A stretch of 26,348 bases of DNA, taken from a virus (Duplodnaviria > Caudoviricetes). Location: IMG/VR virus record IMGVR_UViG_3300027804_000198, positions 1 through 26,348 of that record, one strand, 5' to 3'. Made by a program: the position numbers and the translations under genes. The first letter of the stretch is position 1. The number at the start of each line of letters is the position of its first letter. This document shows positions 1 to 9,964 of this stretch, in pieces. Below the pieces are notes generated by a model, which made no database searches, was not told the DNA's origin, and saw only the letters and a program-made list of their open reading frames with translations.

Positions 1-1229
1 TTACTGTTTGCATTTGTGCCAGTACCAACTTCACTACCTGAAGATGTAACTGTGTTTATAGTTTCGCTAATAGTAGTTGACTTAATATAAATACTTCTTT
101 CCATTGCGTAATAAGAAGCCGTTGTACCTTGTTGACCAACAAGCGTAGCACCTGTTAAGCTATTAGTTGTATTAATGTAGAATAAATTGTTAGCCGTTCC
201 CGTTGCTGTATTTCTAATGGCTCTATTTAATATCTTAACCACGTCACCAGTTGCATAAGTATTGGCGGGTATAAGTATAGACTTCATTAAAGTGATAGCA
301 GTCGTTCCTGTTAAGGCTGTGCTATCAGTAATGTCTTTTGATACTATTTGTAAATAGTTACTTTGCTTATTTTTCCATAAACTTGTTGCACTATCGTATG
401 TTAATACATCGTTGTTAGCCACTCCATTTATTAAAACATTATGAAGCTCATCTAACTCATAACCATTATCAACCTTAACAAAAATAGTTCCTTGAGTTAT
501 ATGAGCATAAACTACATAACCAATAATAACCATATGATTTGGTGCAGTTGGTTTTACTTTTGTTATATTACCAGCAGTAGTTGGACTTAAATATAAAATA
601 TCTCCATCCGCCCAAGTTTCGCTTTGCAGTGAACCAGTTGTATTAATACCTCTTACTAATCCGCTTGTCGTTATAAAACCTTCTTGATTATTCGCTATTG
701 TTTCCGTTACTAAGCCAATAGTTTCAGCACTTAATAAATCATTTGTTGCTAAAGCTAAATCTACTTTTAATCTTTGCCCTTGCGCCCCTGTAACTCTTAC
801 TGCTTGATAATTACTTTCTAATAAAGTAATGTTTGTTGCTGTTTTATTTACTACTCTTGCAACTTGCTCTTGTCCTATTTGTAAAGTAACATTACCGCCT
901 TTTAATTTTAAATCTAAAGTTCCATCAGAATCATTCCAAACTACACTACCAGCAGTTGTAGGTATATTAGTTGGTGTATTATCAAATTCTAAATTACCTA
1001 ATTGAATACCAAACTCACCTAAATTAACATCACTTGTTGCACCTGTATAAGGCACAAAACTACCAGCACCTAAAAAAGATAAAGCACTAAGTTGAGTAGT
1101 TCCGTCACCAATTTTATAAGTTCCTGTTTGTTGCAGATAAACCATTTGCCCCACCTTTAATACAAGCGTTGCATTGGCTGTAAACCATGCACTATCTTTA
1201 TAACCTAATCTTATATCTACGTTTGCCAT
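1..1229 (-). CDS. Tail fibre / receptor-binding protein, partial (runs off the left end; absent from the ORF track)
   Basis: ATG at 1229 overlaps the upstream stop (TAATG) and the frame stays open to the window edge. N-terminus MANVDIRLGYKDSAWFTANATLVLKVGQMVYLQQTGTYKIGDGTTQLSAL resembles the Mtd_N/hyaluronidase-N anchor. T/G/N-rich, with the fibre motif LDELHNVLINGVANNDVLTYDSATSLWKN. Confidence 0.75.
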   Translation of the reverse strand, partial: MANVDIRLGYKDSAWFTANATLVLKVGQMVYLQQTGTYKIGDGTTQLSALSFLGAGSFVPYTGATSDVNLGEFGIQLGNLEFDNTPTNIPTTAGSVVWNDSDGTLDLKLKGGNVTLQIGQEQVARVVNKTATNITLLESNYQAVRVTGAQGQRLKVDLALATNDLLSAETIGLVTETIANNQEGFITTSGLVRGINTTGSLQSETWADGDILYLSPTTAGNITKVKPTAPNHMVIIGYVVYAHITQGTIFVKVDNGYELDELHNVLINGVANNDVLTYDSATSLWKNKQSNYLQIVSKDITDSTALTGTTAITLMKSILIPANTYATGDVVKILNRAIRNTATGTANNLFYINTTNSLTGATLVGQQGTTASYYAMERSIYIKSTTISETINTVTSSGSEVGTGTNANS

Positions 1230-1879
1230 TAAACTATTGGATCTATTATTGTTGCTGTATTGCTATTTATTGTATCAATTATTTGCTGTAACACCTCAAC
1301 GGTATAAGTGCCGCTAGTTGTAAAAGTTTGTAATGTATTTCCGTTTTGGTCTTGTATCAAAACTTGGAACGTACCTACATTTTGATTTATATTACCACCT
1401 ACATAAATATAATTATTATCTAAAATGTTTCCGCTATCAATAGGTAAATTGCACCCATCGTTACCCATTGCAGAACTGATTGTTAAATCAAAAAAGTGTC
1501 CACTAACATCGTCATCGTTACGCTCAGTAAAATCCGTTAACGAAATATTCATATCAGATTTAAACGGTCCTAATAACTTGCTATTGCTAACTTGTCTTAA
1601 GTAGTTTGGTACATCGTAACAAATACGCTCAGTATCACTCAACACCTGGTTAATATTGCTTATATCCTTATTTACTAAATCACTAATTACAATCATGTAT
1701 TTACGACTAACTACATTGTCAGTAACGCTACTACCCTGTAAAATAACATTCATAAATGGATAAACAATTTCTACGTTTGTGTCCGCTTCCGATTCATCCC
1801 CAAAGTAAAATGAGTTTATGCCTTTGTGCTTTAACGCAAAGTTTTTAAATAATTCTATATCTTGGTTTAATGTTATCAT
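1229..1879 (-). CDS. Putative tail terminator / tail completion protein
   Basis: 216 aa ORF with a YPFMNV motif and beta-rich pattern, located after the head-tail adaptor in the structural block. Confidence 0.5.
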   Translation of the reverse strand: MITLNQDIELFKNFALKHKGINSFYFGDESEADTNVEIVYPFMNVILQGSSVTDNVVSRKYMIVISDLVNKDISNINQVLSDTERICYDVPNYLRQVSNSKLLGPFKSDMNISLTDFTERNDDDVSGHFFDLTISSAMGNDGCNLPIDSGNILDNNYIYVGGNINQNVGTFQVLIQDQNGNTLQTFTTSGTYTVEVLQQIIDTINSNTATIIDPIV

Positions 1880-2455
1880 TTACTCTTCGTGTCTTCTCCA
1901 ATAATTAAAACGATTAAACTCTTCATTTCCAAAATCTAAATCACCACGCATGGCCACACCGTTTGTGTAATTTCTTACCGTTGGATTCATGCCTGTATTA
2001 CTTGTTTCTAAATATTTAGGAAACGTTGCAGTATTTTCAATTAAATAATCAGTCACTAATTGTGCGTATCTTTCAGCATGAATGCGCCATTTATCCATTA
2101 AGAATTTAACGTCACCCATATCCGCTGAACTTGAATTGTCGCTGCTCTTTACTTGTATGCCTTTATTTTGGTAAGCAAATTTAAAGTCAGGTGATGCTTC
2201 CATTTTAACGTACCAACATAAAGCCTTTGCAATATAATCGTTAATTAGTGCTTTCTCATTTGGATATAAAGCCATTGTTGGACTTGCAATTATTTTAGTT
2301 TTTAAATCATTATATAATTGCGTGCCTAATATTTTTTGTATATAAATATCTTGCACCATAATAATAGTGCTTTCTAATTTTTTCCAATCCACGTTGCCAT
2401 CGACACCCGCTAATTTTTTAAAGTAGTCTTCTTGTATAAATAAAACGTCAGCCAT
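1880..2455 (-). CDS. Putative head-tail adaptor protein
   Basis: 191 aa, mainly helical (QDIYIQKILGTQLYNDL), directly downstream of the portal. Confidence 0.55.
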   Translation of the reverse strand: MADVLFIQEDYFKKLAGVDGNVDWKKLESTIIMVQDIYIQKILGTQLYNDLKTKIIASPTMALYPNEKALINDYIAKALCWYVKMEASPDFKFAYQNKGIQVKSSDNSSSADMGDVKFLMDKWRIHAERYAQLVTDYLIENTATFPKYLETSNTGMNPTVRNYTNGVAMRGDLDFGNEEFNRFNYWRRHEE

Positions 2456-2458
2456 TGT

Positions 2459-4528
2459 TTATTTTTTCTTTTCTTTATTTCGTACCCTAGTTTCGGCATA
2501 CCATGAATGGTTGCAAGTGCTATCTATAAAGCTACCTTTGTTAGTAAATCCACCACGATAGTCCCAAGCATTGTCTCCAAAGTCATTAGACATACTATCA
2601 ATAGCTTCAAATTCCCAACTCATTCCTTTGTTTGTTAAACCTATTGTATCTTTGCAAAAATCATGTGAAGTGCTTAATAAATTTTTACTTATTTTATTTG
2701 GGTTACTTGCATAACTTACACCCTCGTTTAAATCGTAAGTATAAACAGTATAAATTTCTCTACTTACAATCGGTTCGGTTGGTTTATCCAATGCCTTTTG
2801 AGTAGGTTTAAAGCCATCAATAGTGTCATCTAAGAAACCATTTTTAGTTAAACGTGCAATTGATTCTTCTACTTTATAAAAATCACTTTGAGTAGTTTTT
2901 GCAATTTCATCAATAGACATACTAGAATTGCCTTTTAAGGCAGTTAAAACAGCGTTGTCTAGTTCTTGTATGCTAATCACTAAAGCATCGGCAAACTTCA
3001 TTATTTGACGTTCATATTTTAATGCTTCGTTTGAACTTTTTACTCGTTCTCTTTTAATTACTGTATAAGTTGTAGGATCTTCAATGATTGCACATTTTTC
3101 TAAGTGCGCTAAAAATTTATCTTTCTCTTTTGACATTTTAACCTCAATACCTAAAATCTTTTTAGCTTGCGTTTCATCAATGCCATAAGCAGTTAATCTA
3201 GTAACCGCTAAATGTTCATTAATTTTACCTTTGCTGTAATCTCTAACAATACGATACATATCGGCATTATCCGCAGCACTTAAACCTTTTAAGCTATCAT
3301 TTGTTTGAGTAGCTACAATAGGCAAAGGCTCACCGTTAACATCGGTAGGGATAGCAACCAATGGCTCATACCCTTTTAACTTTCTACGCTCATCCTGTGT
3401 TAAATCCGCATCGTTGCTTAAATCTGCTCCAATTAAACTGATAGGCTCAAACATCATTTCTAAATATTCACCAGTCTTTAAAAAAGATAAATAAGATAGG
3501 AACTCTAATAAGTCAGCTTGACGTGGCTCGATATAACCTTTAACAAAAAGTTCTTGCAAAATTAATAAATCGGGGCTACCACTTAAAAAAGATTCATCAA
3601 ATTTTATATTAAATAATTCGGGTGCCATTTCGTGTCCCGCAAATATTTTTTTCATTGCACGCTTTGAAGTAAACAAAAATTTCTCAGATAAATCATTTAC
3701 AGATACATCAACTACTTCGGGTGCTTTGTCATCTCTATCAGAGTGTGTAATCATTAAACTTTCGCCATTCTCGCCAGTGTAAGTTCCTTTGAATGAACGC
3801 TCAATTGAATGTATCATGTCATCGGTAGGTTGTCCGTTAAAAAAGTTTATAATCTTACCAACTGAAAATCCCGAAGACACATAATTTTTATTAAACGTAC
3901 TAATGTCCACATCGGTATTAATATCATTTACGATACTTTGATATTGTGCAATAGGATAAACGCTTTCTAACTTTGATGCACTTGCTGTGTAATACTTAAA
4001 GTCAATAAAGAATGTGCCGGCTGTTCCGTTATTCTCAAATTTATTGATACACTTAATATCTTTACTTTGTGTATTTCTATTCCAATTTTTACTAAAATAT
4101 AATTTAGTTTCACACTCAGATATTCTACAATTAGCAGAATTTAAAAAGTACATTTCAATCGGTTGACCTTGTAAGTTTGTAATTACTTCTACATAAACAC
4201 CGTTAAATAATTCAGTATTTAAACTTACTTTTTTACCAGCTTGATTTAAAGTTTCTTTACGGTTAAAATTATCAATAAACGTGTCAACTTTAATTTGATC
4301 TATCTCATTAACCGCCTTTAATCCTTTACCCCAAATGTAACGTGCTTTACGGTTAACAATAGCCCTATGCTCAGGATGCTCATTAAATAAACGCACCAAT
4401 TCTTGTGGGTACATATTATCTTTACCGTATTTAATGTACCCTTTTGTGTCCTCGCTAAACGTTAATTTAGGTAACGCTTTAAACGTTAACATGTGCTTGT
4501 TGTCAATGTATTGAAATTTAGCCGCCAT
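2459..4528 (-). CDS. Portal protein with long C-terminal extension
   Basis: 689 aa. The N-terminal ~370 aa has portal-like motifs (YGKDNMYPQEL, HRAIVNRKA..IWGKG, FKGTYTGENG, IFAGH). The C-terminus carries HDFC...WDYRGG...CNHSW. Confidence 0.75.
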   Translation of the reverse strand: MAAKFQYIDNKHMLTFKALPKLTFSEDTKGYIKYGKDNMYPQELVRLFNEHPEHRAIVNRKARYIWGKGLKAVNEIDQIKVDTFIDNFNRKETLNQAGKKVSLNTELFNGVYVEVITNLQGQPIEMYFLNSANCRISECETKLYFSKNWNRNTQSKDIKCINKFENNGTAGTFFIDFKYYTASASKLESVYPIAQYQSIVNDINTDVDISTFNKNYVSSGFSVGKIINFFNGQPTDDMIHSIERSFKGTYTGENGESLMITHSDRDDKAPEVVDVSVNDLSEKFLFTSKRAMKKIFAGHEMAPELFNIKFDESFLSGSPDLLILQELFVKGYIEPRQADLLEFLSYLSFLKTGEYLEMMFEPISLIGADLSNDADLTQDERRKLKGYEPLVAIPTDVNGEPLPIVATQTNDSLKGLSAADNADMYRIVRDYSKGKINEHLAVTRLTAYGIDETQAKKILGIEVKMSKEKDKFLAHLEKCAIIEDPTTYTVIKRERVKSSNEALKYERQIMKFADALVISIQELDNAVLTALKGNSSMSIDEIAKTTQSDFYKVEESIARLTKNGFLDDTIDGFKPTQKALDKPTEPIVSREIYTVYTYDLNEGVSYASNPNKISKNLLSTSHDFCKDTIGLTNKGMSWEFEAIDSMSNDFGDNAWDYRGGFTNKGSFIDSTCNHSWYAETRVRNKEKKK

Positions 4529-4913
4529 ATACTACTGTATTGTTTTCGTTGCCAGTATAAACTGGGTAATCACTTAATTGTGATACAACGTTTAATTTTC
4601 CTTTATCAATTAAATTTAATGCTAACAACGGATTCAAATTTGTTGTACTTGCTTGCTCGTAAACATTGTATTTGTAAAAACCACTTAATGTTAAACTAAA
4701 AGTACCATTCAATAAATTCTCAGTTACGTTTTCTATAAAATCAAATTCATTATACCTTAATTTATTTGTACTTATATCCGCTGCAATAAAGCATTTAACT
4801 TCATTACTCATGTCATTAATAACCTCAAATAAATACTTTGCATTGGTTAACGTTGTCTTTTCAGATAGCGTTAAAATAACTTTATTTGTTGTATTTTTAT
4901 TTATTAATATCAC
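4518..4913 (-). CDS. Putative head closure / connector protein (start revised to GTG at 4913)
   Basis: The ORF-track start at 4961 lies inside a terminator hairpin. The GTG at 4913 is in frame and sits 5 nt downstream of the repeated promoter motif. Product begins MILINKNTTNKVILTL. Confidence 0.5.
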   Translation of the reverse strand: MILINKNTTNKVILTLSEKTTLTNAKYLFEVINDMSNEVKCFIAADISTNKLRYNEFDFIENVTENLLNGTFSLTLSGFYKYNVYEQASTTNLNPLLALNLIDKGKLNVVSQLSDYPVYTGNENNTVVYGG

Positions 4914-4918
4914 TAATA

Positions 4919-4945
4919 TAATATAGTATTTTTTTAAACTTTTAC
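4919..4945 (-). promoter_or_regulatory. Candidate phage late promoter, copy 1 (GTAAAA-N11-TACTATATTA)
   Basis: Same bipartite motif and 11-nt spacing at 4919-4945, 7192-7218 and 16618-16644, each immediately upstream of a structural gene. Confidence 0.7.
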
Positions 4946-4950
4946 AAAAT

Positions 4951-4980
4951 AAAAAAAGCAACCTTACAGGGCTGCCTTTT
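4951..4980 (-). terminator. Intrinsic terminator after the major tail gene
   Basis: Minus strand GGCAGCC-ctgtaa-GGTTGCT followed by a T run. Confidence 0.65.
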
Positions 4981-5001
4981 AATATTTGTGTAATTAATTT
5001 A

Positions 5002-5508
5002 CTAAGTTAATAAACCCGCTAAGATAGTGTTGTCAACTTTAACAGCTGAAACGCTTGAACGTCCTTTGATTGTTAATGTGCTACCAATAAAGTCACCCAT
5101 TGCAGTACCTGATTCAAATTTAGAATCAATAGCATTTGAGCCATAAGTTCTACCTAACATCCAAGCATCACCGTTTTGCATTACTGCAATAAGCACTACT
5201 TTATTGTTTAAAATCAATTCTAATTCTTGTTGATCTAATGTATTTAAACCATGCATTTTGATTGAACATTCCCAGTCGTAAGCCTTAGAACCTGAAGCAG
5301 TTGTTCCTGCACCAGTATAAGACCACATACCTTGTTCAATTTCTTGCGCGATAGTTTTCCATGTAACTGTTTTAGTAATAGCAGTTACAACGTTTGCAGT
5401 TAATGTAGACGTTAAGACGTTAGCAAATGGTGTAATATACCATGAAGCTACGCCAGCTGTTGTTAAACAGTCTTTTAGTGTATAATTTTGAGTTAATGGA
5501 CAAGGCAT
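5002..5508 (-). CDS. Major tail tube protein
   Basis: 168 aa following the capsid gene; MPCPLT..Y...C...AGV N-terminus and SGTAMGDFIGSTLTIKG motif typical of siphovirus tube proteins. Confidence 0.65.
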   Translation of the reverse strand: MPCPLTQNYTLKDCLTTAGVASWYITPFANVLTSTLTANVVTAITKTVTWKTIAQEIEQGMWSYTGAGTTASGSKAYDWECSIKMHGLNTLDQQELELILNNKVVLIAVMQNGDAWMLGRTYGSNAIDSKFESGTAMGDFIGSTLTIKGRSSVSAVKVDNTILAGLLT

Positions 5509-5538
5509 TTTTTTATAATTTTATAATGTTAAAAATGA

Positions 5539-5562
5539 AAGGGGTTAAATTAATAACCCCTT
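5539..5562 (-). terminator. Hairpin / probable terminator after the major capsid gene
   Basis: Perfect 9-bp inverted repeat AAGGGGTTA (5539-5547) / TAACCCCTT (5554-5562), followed on the minus strand by TCATTTTT. Confidence 0.6.
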
Positions 5563-5569
5563 AATTTAT

Positions 5570-6574
5570 TTATCCTACGTATAACGTGTTGAAACGTTGG
5601 TTAGTTACGTGTGCAAAGATAGTGAACACTACATCGTAAAAATAATCTTTACGTGGTTGAGGAAACTTATCAATAACAACCATGTTTAAATCTTCCATTA
5701 AGTCAGTACACCATTTGATGTTACTTGGTAATGAAACAAACATAACGTTTTCAGCGATTGGCACAAATTTAATTTCTACACCTAAGTAGTAATATTTATC
5801 TGCAACCATGTCAACACTAAATACATCTCTGTATGTCAAGTTAACGTTTGCAATATTGATTAATTGCTTGTGAGAACGTGGAGCATAAATGAATGCTTTT
5901 TCGTCAGATGCAGATAAAGTTTCAGCAACGATACCAGCGTATAATAATTGGTATTGTGCAACGATTGTACTAGCAGTGATTGCAGCAGTACCTACAACTT
6001 TAATACGACCACCAACAGCAGCGTTATTATAGATAGCACGTGTAATAACCGAATCAAATAAAGTAGTTGGCATTGCAGCTACTAAAGTTTTTTCAGCAGC
6101 ACCAACAGATGTATTTGCAGTACCAGCAGTTAAAGCAGCAACAGCCGTTTTAGTTGTAGCAGTTGCACCGTTCCAAAATTTACTTTCAGCGTCAGCAGAG
6201 ATTGACTTTGCTACACCGTTTAAAACCATTTTAGCGAACTCATCAGATACATCATTCCAAGCACCCGGCTTCATATCACGATTAAAACGTGAAGTTCTTA
6301 AATCGTTTGGAGTGAATGCGTCTAAGTATTCAACCTTTACTGGAGTGATTAATACATCGTTAATTCCAATAGTTCCTGAAGCTGATGGATTAACTGCCCA
6401 GTTTTGCATTACGACACTGTTCACATTTTCCGAAAATATGGTGCCTGCTTTAATTCCTGTTTCAAAAGCTACTAAGCCTTCAGATATTGTTTTGTTTTCA
6501 AAGATAATTTCAGAGATTACTGGATCTGCAGCTACTCCGTTTATCGTTACTAATTGTGAATAAGATATTGCCAT
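5570..6574 (-). CDS. Major capsid protein
   Basis: 334 aa, downstream of the protease and scaffold genes, with a long A-rich leader and a hairpin downstream. Size fits an HK97-fold capsid protein. Confidence 0.7.
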   Translation of the reverse strand: MAISYSQLVTINGVAADPVISEIIFENKTISEGLVAFETGIKAGTIFSENVNSVVMQNWAVNPSASGTIGINDVLITPVKVEYLDAFTPNDLRTSRFNRDMKPGAWNDVSDEFAKMVLNGVAKSISADAESKFWNGATATTKTAVAALTAGTANTSVGAAEKTLVAAMPTTLFDSVITRAIYNNAAVGGRIKVVGTAAITASTIVAQYQLLYAGIVAETLSASDEKAFIYAPRSHKQLINIANVNLTYRDVFSVDMVADKYYYLGVEIKFVPIAENVMFVSLPSNIKWCTDLMEDLNMVVIDKFPQPRKDYFYDVVFTIFAHVTNQRFNTLYVG

Positions 6575-6610
6575 TGTTTTTTGTTTTTTATTTTTTAGTT
6601 TATATTATTT

Positions 6611-7159
6611 TTATCCTACGAATTTATTTTGTTTTCTTAATTTGAATAACTCCAAAGGAGTTAAATCGTTGTAATTTTTAGTTACTGTTTTGTTGTTAGC
6701 TTCTAAGTTTAAAGCAACTGAGTTTTTATCGATTGATTCAATAGCACTCAAAGCAACTTGTAAACCTTTTTTAGTTTCACTTAATTGCGTTTCTAAATTA
6801 GTTTGCTTTGCAGCGTAACCTTTTTCTAATGCTTCTAAGCGGCTTAATATTGCTTTCATTTCGTCTTCTAATGGCTCAGGTTGTACGTCAGCTTCTTTTG
6901 CTAAAATTTCAGTAATAACACCAGCTGCACAAATAACCTTAGTACCGTCAGCAAGTTCAAATTCACCTTCTGCTGGAACAGCAACACCGTCAGCGCCAAC
7001 AAATGAAGCCATTGCGCCTACTTCCATTTTGTCAACTGATAACATAGTGCCATCAATTAAAGCAACGTCTTCTAGTTTTACTACTTGAGTTGCTGGTAAT
7101 TCAATACCTAATTTTAATAATGCTGATTTTAAAGCATCTTTAGTTTCTTTTGATAACAT
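6611..7159 (-). CDS. Capsid scaffold-like protein
   Basis: 182 aa, acidic, with a PAEGEFELADG motif and C-terminal coiled coil, between the protease and capsid genes. Confidence 0.6.
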   Translation of the reverse strand: MLSKETKDALKSALLKLGIELPATQVVKLEDVALIDGTMLSVDKMEVGAMASFVGADGVAVPAEGEFELADGTKVICAAGVITEILAKEADVQPEPLEDEMKAILSRLEALEKGYAAKQTNLETQLSETKKGLQVALSAIESIDKNSVALNLEANNKTVTKNYNDLTPLELFKLRKQNKFVG

Positions 7160-7191
7160 ATTTAATTTAATTTAATTTAGTTTCGTTAATA

Positions 7192-7218
7192 TAATATAGT
7201 AAAATATTTACTTTTTAC
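7192..7218 (-). promoter_or_regulatory. Candidate phage late promoter, copy 2
   Basis: Plus strand TAATATAGTA (7192-7201), 11 nt, then TTTTAC (7213-7218). Confidence 0.7.
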
Positions 7219-7811
7219 AAAATATTTTTTATGATAGCTTCAATCTCGTTTTGATCTAATTCAATTTCTTGTTCTAAGTCAAAGAAACCCTCTAAACTAA
7301 CACCTTTAACTTCACCGCTTTTAATGCGTTTCCAAATGTCATCGTTGTTAATTTTCATTGAACAAAAGATAGTGCCATCGGGTAAATCAAAACCATCGGG
7401 CTGTTTAATGCCTCTACTAGCATCACTAATAAATACTTCAAATACAAACACACCTTTTGATAGGTCGCTTGTATCATGCGTTAATTTTACTTTGCGTTGG
7501 TTTCCGTCAAGCATATACTTTTGTAATATTTGCATATTGGTTTCCTTTTTATACACTACATAAAATTCTTTGTCATCGACTTTACGATAGATAGGTAAGT
7601 CCGCAACAATAACTGGAGCTGTTATTATTCTTTGCTCTTCTTGTAAAGCAAATTTAAACTCATAGGGTTTCTGCTCGCTAAAAGCTAAAAACTCAGTAAG
7701 CATAGCAGGGCTATCCACTAATGCAATATTCTGTATCCCTTGTTCTTTTAATTCTAAGCCCGATAAATCTTCGTTAATCGTAGCGTAGTAAATTGGTAGT
7801 TTATTTTCCAT
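7215..7811 (-). CDS. Prohead serine protease, XkdF-like (Peptidase_S78_2-like)
   Basis: Motifs IALVDSPA, EQRIITAPV, LTHD, DGTIFCSMKINNDDIWKRIKSGEVKGVSLEG. Confidence 0.75.
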   Translation of the reverse strand: MENKLPIYYATINEDLSGLELKEQGIQNIALVDSPAMLTEFLAFSEQKPYEFKFALQEEQRIITAPVIVADLPIYRKVDDKEFYVVYKKETNMQILQKYMLDGNQRKVKLTHDTSDLSKGVFVFEVFISDASRGIKQPDGFDLPDGTIFCSMKINNDDIWKRIKSGEVKGVSLEGFFDLEQEIELDQNEIEAIIKNIL

Positions 7812-7815
7812 AATT

Positions 7816-9828
7816 TTAAAATGTTGACTGTTTTTCTAATGTTTCTACTCTATTTGTTTTACTCGATACTTCGTCAACTCCTACGGTTGCTTTTACTTGT
7901 ATCGTTGGTTGCATCTGTTTTTCGTTGTCACCGCCTATTCTTTTACCCGTTTCATCAAACGATGTACTTTGATTTGTATTGTTTTGTTGCGTGCTTATAC
8001 TTGGTGGGCTTGGAATAGGTGGCGCACTTGGTAATGTAGCACCACCGCCGCCGCCACCACCGCCACCGCCAGCGTCAAATTTAGTACTTGCAATTTTAGC
8101 TATATTTGCAGCCGCTGCAATACCAACACCAACCGCAGTAGCTACTTTTAATACAGTGCCAAATGGTTCAGGAACAACTGACTGAGCAGATAAAGCATTT
8201 ATAACACCCTGTATTCCACTAATAACAGCCGATTGAATAGCTAGTGCTTTATTAATTTTAAATTGTTGTTCCGCTGATTTTCGCTCAGCGGCTGAACCCT
8301 TTTGTAGGTTTCTATTTTTAACCGCAAAGAAAGCATCTGAAAGTGCTTGATGAGATTGTGTACTCATTTGAGCAAAGTTTAAAATCTCATTTTGCTTAGC
8401 TAGTTCTAACGCTTTTTGTTTTTCAGCAGCGGCTTTATTAATAGCTTCAACATCGTTTTGATATTGTTGCTCTATTAATTTTTTACCCTCACTTGTTAAC
8501 ATAGCATCTTGTAATGCTATATCTCTTTTAACTTGTAATTGTGCTATTAAAGCATTTGTATCATTTTCATTTTGCGCAACTTTTAAAGCAGCATGCGTTA
8601 ACGCTTCTTGGTTTTCAATCGCTTGGTTTTCTAAATCGGCTTGTCTATTATAAGCAATTAAATCATCGTGTGCTTTTTTACTAGCAGCAATCATATCGGC
8701 TTCAGCTTTTTGCTCAGCTACTATTTTAGCAAACCAATCGTCAGCTTCTTGTTCGTTAATCCTTTTTAAATCTTCGGCATGTTTTAATCTTGCTGCTTTA
8801 GCTTCTTCATTTGCTTTTGCTTGTTTTTCACTTGCAGCTTTTGCAGCATCGTCATCAATTTTATTTATCCCTAATTGATAGCCAGCCCTTTTTTCTTTTA
8901 AATCTTTTAATAATTGTATCTGAGCATCTAGTTCTTTTTTTCTTTTCTCTTCATTTTCTTTTTCATCCCCTAAAACAAGGTCGGTTATTGAACCTTTAAA
9001 TTTTTCAGAAAGTTCAAAATTTTTACCTAATGCTTTGCCAGCCATATCAATAGCACCCAAAACTAAAGATAATGGCGCAGTTGTCATACTGATTAAACCC
9101 TGTAAAATTTCTTTATTTCTTTTTTCTGCCGCTTGTTGCGCTTGTTGAGTTTGTATGGTAGTTAGTAGTTGCGCCTCTTGTGCTTCGTAAACAGCATCTA
9201 ATTGTTTTATCTTAAGTGCTAATATTTCTTTTTCGCTTAAGCCCTGTAACTTTAAAGTATTATTAGAGGATTCTAATGATTTTAGTTTATCTTGTTCAAT
9301 GGATAAATTTTCAGCCGTAGCAGCATTAAGTCTTTTTTGCTCTTCGGTAACACCACTAACAGCACCTTTAATCTCATCCCAATAAGCAATAATAGTTCCA
9401 AGTAATACAACTAATGCACCAATACCAGTTGCAATTAAAGCACCCTTAACACCTTGTAAAGCTGTCTTTGCAGAAGTAGCAAATGCACCCATTCCCGATT
9501 TCATTGCAGCAATTCCAACTTTTACTTTTTCAAAATCGAGGTTCATTATTCCCTCTTTCATTTGAGCAAAGCCCTGAGTTAATTGTTCAACACCGCTACC
9601 TTTTAAAGACTTGGTGCTATCGTTTAAATCGTCAACTCTATCTTTTAAAGAAGCTACATTTTTACTTGCATCTAAATATTCTTTTGAGCCTTCACCAAAT
9701 GCGGCCGCCATTTTAACTTGCTCATCCTTTGCGGCCTTAATAGCGTTCTTTAAATCCTTTACTGATTCAATAGATTGCTCTACACCTTTGACTTCTAAAT
9801 CAAAGGCTATTTCATTTTTATCTGCCAT
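7816..9828 (-). CDS. Tail tape measure protein
   Basis: 670 aa, A/K/E/Q-rich coiled coil with hydrophobic segments (ALIATGIGALVVLLGTIIAYWDEI; VATAVGVGIAAAANIAKIAS) and a poly-Gly/Pro linker. Confidence 0.75.
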   Translation of the reverse strand: MADKNEIAFDLEVKGVEQSIESVKDLKNAIKAAKDEQVKMAAAFGEGSKEYLDASKNVASLKDRVDDLNDSTKSLKGSGVEQLTQGFAQMKEGIMNLDFEKVKVGIAAMKSGMGAFATSAKTALQGVKGALIATGIGALVVLLGTIIAYWDEIKGAVSGVTEEQKRLNAATAENLSIEQDKLKSLESSNNTLKLQGLSEKEILALKIKQLDAVYEAQEAQLLTTIQTQQAQQAAEKRNKEILQGLISMTTAPLSLVLGAIDMAGKALGKNFELSEKFKGSITDLVLGDEKENEEKRKKELDAQIQLLKDLKEKRAGYQLGINKIDDDAAKAASEKQAKANEEAKAARLKHAEDLKRINEQEADDWFAKIVAEQKAEADMIAASKKAHDDLIAYNRQADLENQAIENQEALTHAALKVAQNENDTNALIAQLQVKRDIALQDAMLTSEGKKLIEQQYQNDVEAINKAAAEKQKALELAKQNEILNFAQMSTQSHQALSDAFFAVKNRNLQKGSAAERKSAEQQFKINKALAIQSAVISGIQGVINALSAQSVVPEPFGTVLKVATAVGVGIAAAANIAKIASTKFDAGGGGGGGGGGATLPSAPPIPSPPSISTQQNNTNQSTSFDETGKRIGGDNEKQMQPTIQVKATVGVDEVSSKTNRVETLEKQSTF

Positions 9829-9964
9829 TTATTATGTTTATTAAATCTTCGTTACCAGTTGCTGCTATTTCAATACACATGTGAATACAAGCCATGCCGT
9901 CAAGTATTATTTGACTAGGTTGGTTATTCATTTGAGATTCTAAGTATTCTATTTTATCTATCAT
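9818..9964 (-). CDS. Small hypothetical protein, 48 aa (not in the ORF track)
   Basis: MIDKIEYLESQMNNQPSQIILDGMACIHMCIEIAATGNEDLINIINGR; overlaps the upstream stop (TAATG) and the downstream start. Confidence 0.55.
   Translation of the reverse strand: MIDKIEYLESQMNNQPSQIILDGMACIHMCIEIAATGNEDLINIINGR

Noticed and set aside
1-1229. Diversity-generating retroelement suggested by the Mtd_N-like fibre start
   Set aside because: No reverse transcriptase or template/variable repeat pair is visible in the window; the N-terminal anchor is common in ordinary fibres, and the gene's 3' end is outside the window.
7161-7180. TTTAA tandem repeat upstream of the scaffold gene
   Set aside because: Low-complexity AT-rich leader with no evidence of a separate function.
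8041-8071. GC-rich CCA/CCG trinucleotide repeat
   Set aside because: It encodes the poly-Gly linker of the tape measure protein and is not an independent repeat element.
4493-9844. Plus-strand ORFs in the track (4493, 6312, 7324, 7821, 7979, 8811, 9483, 9611)
   Set aside because: All lie antisense to long, motif-bearing structural genes and have no recognisable motifs; they are shadow ORFs.
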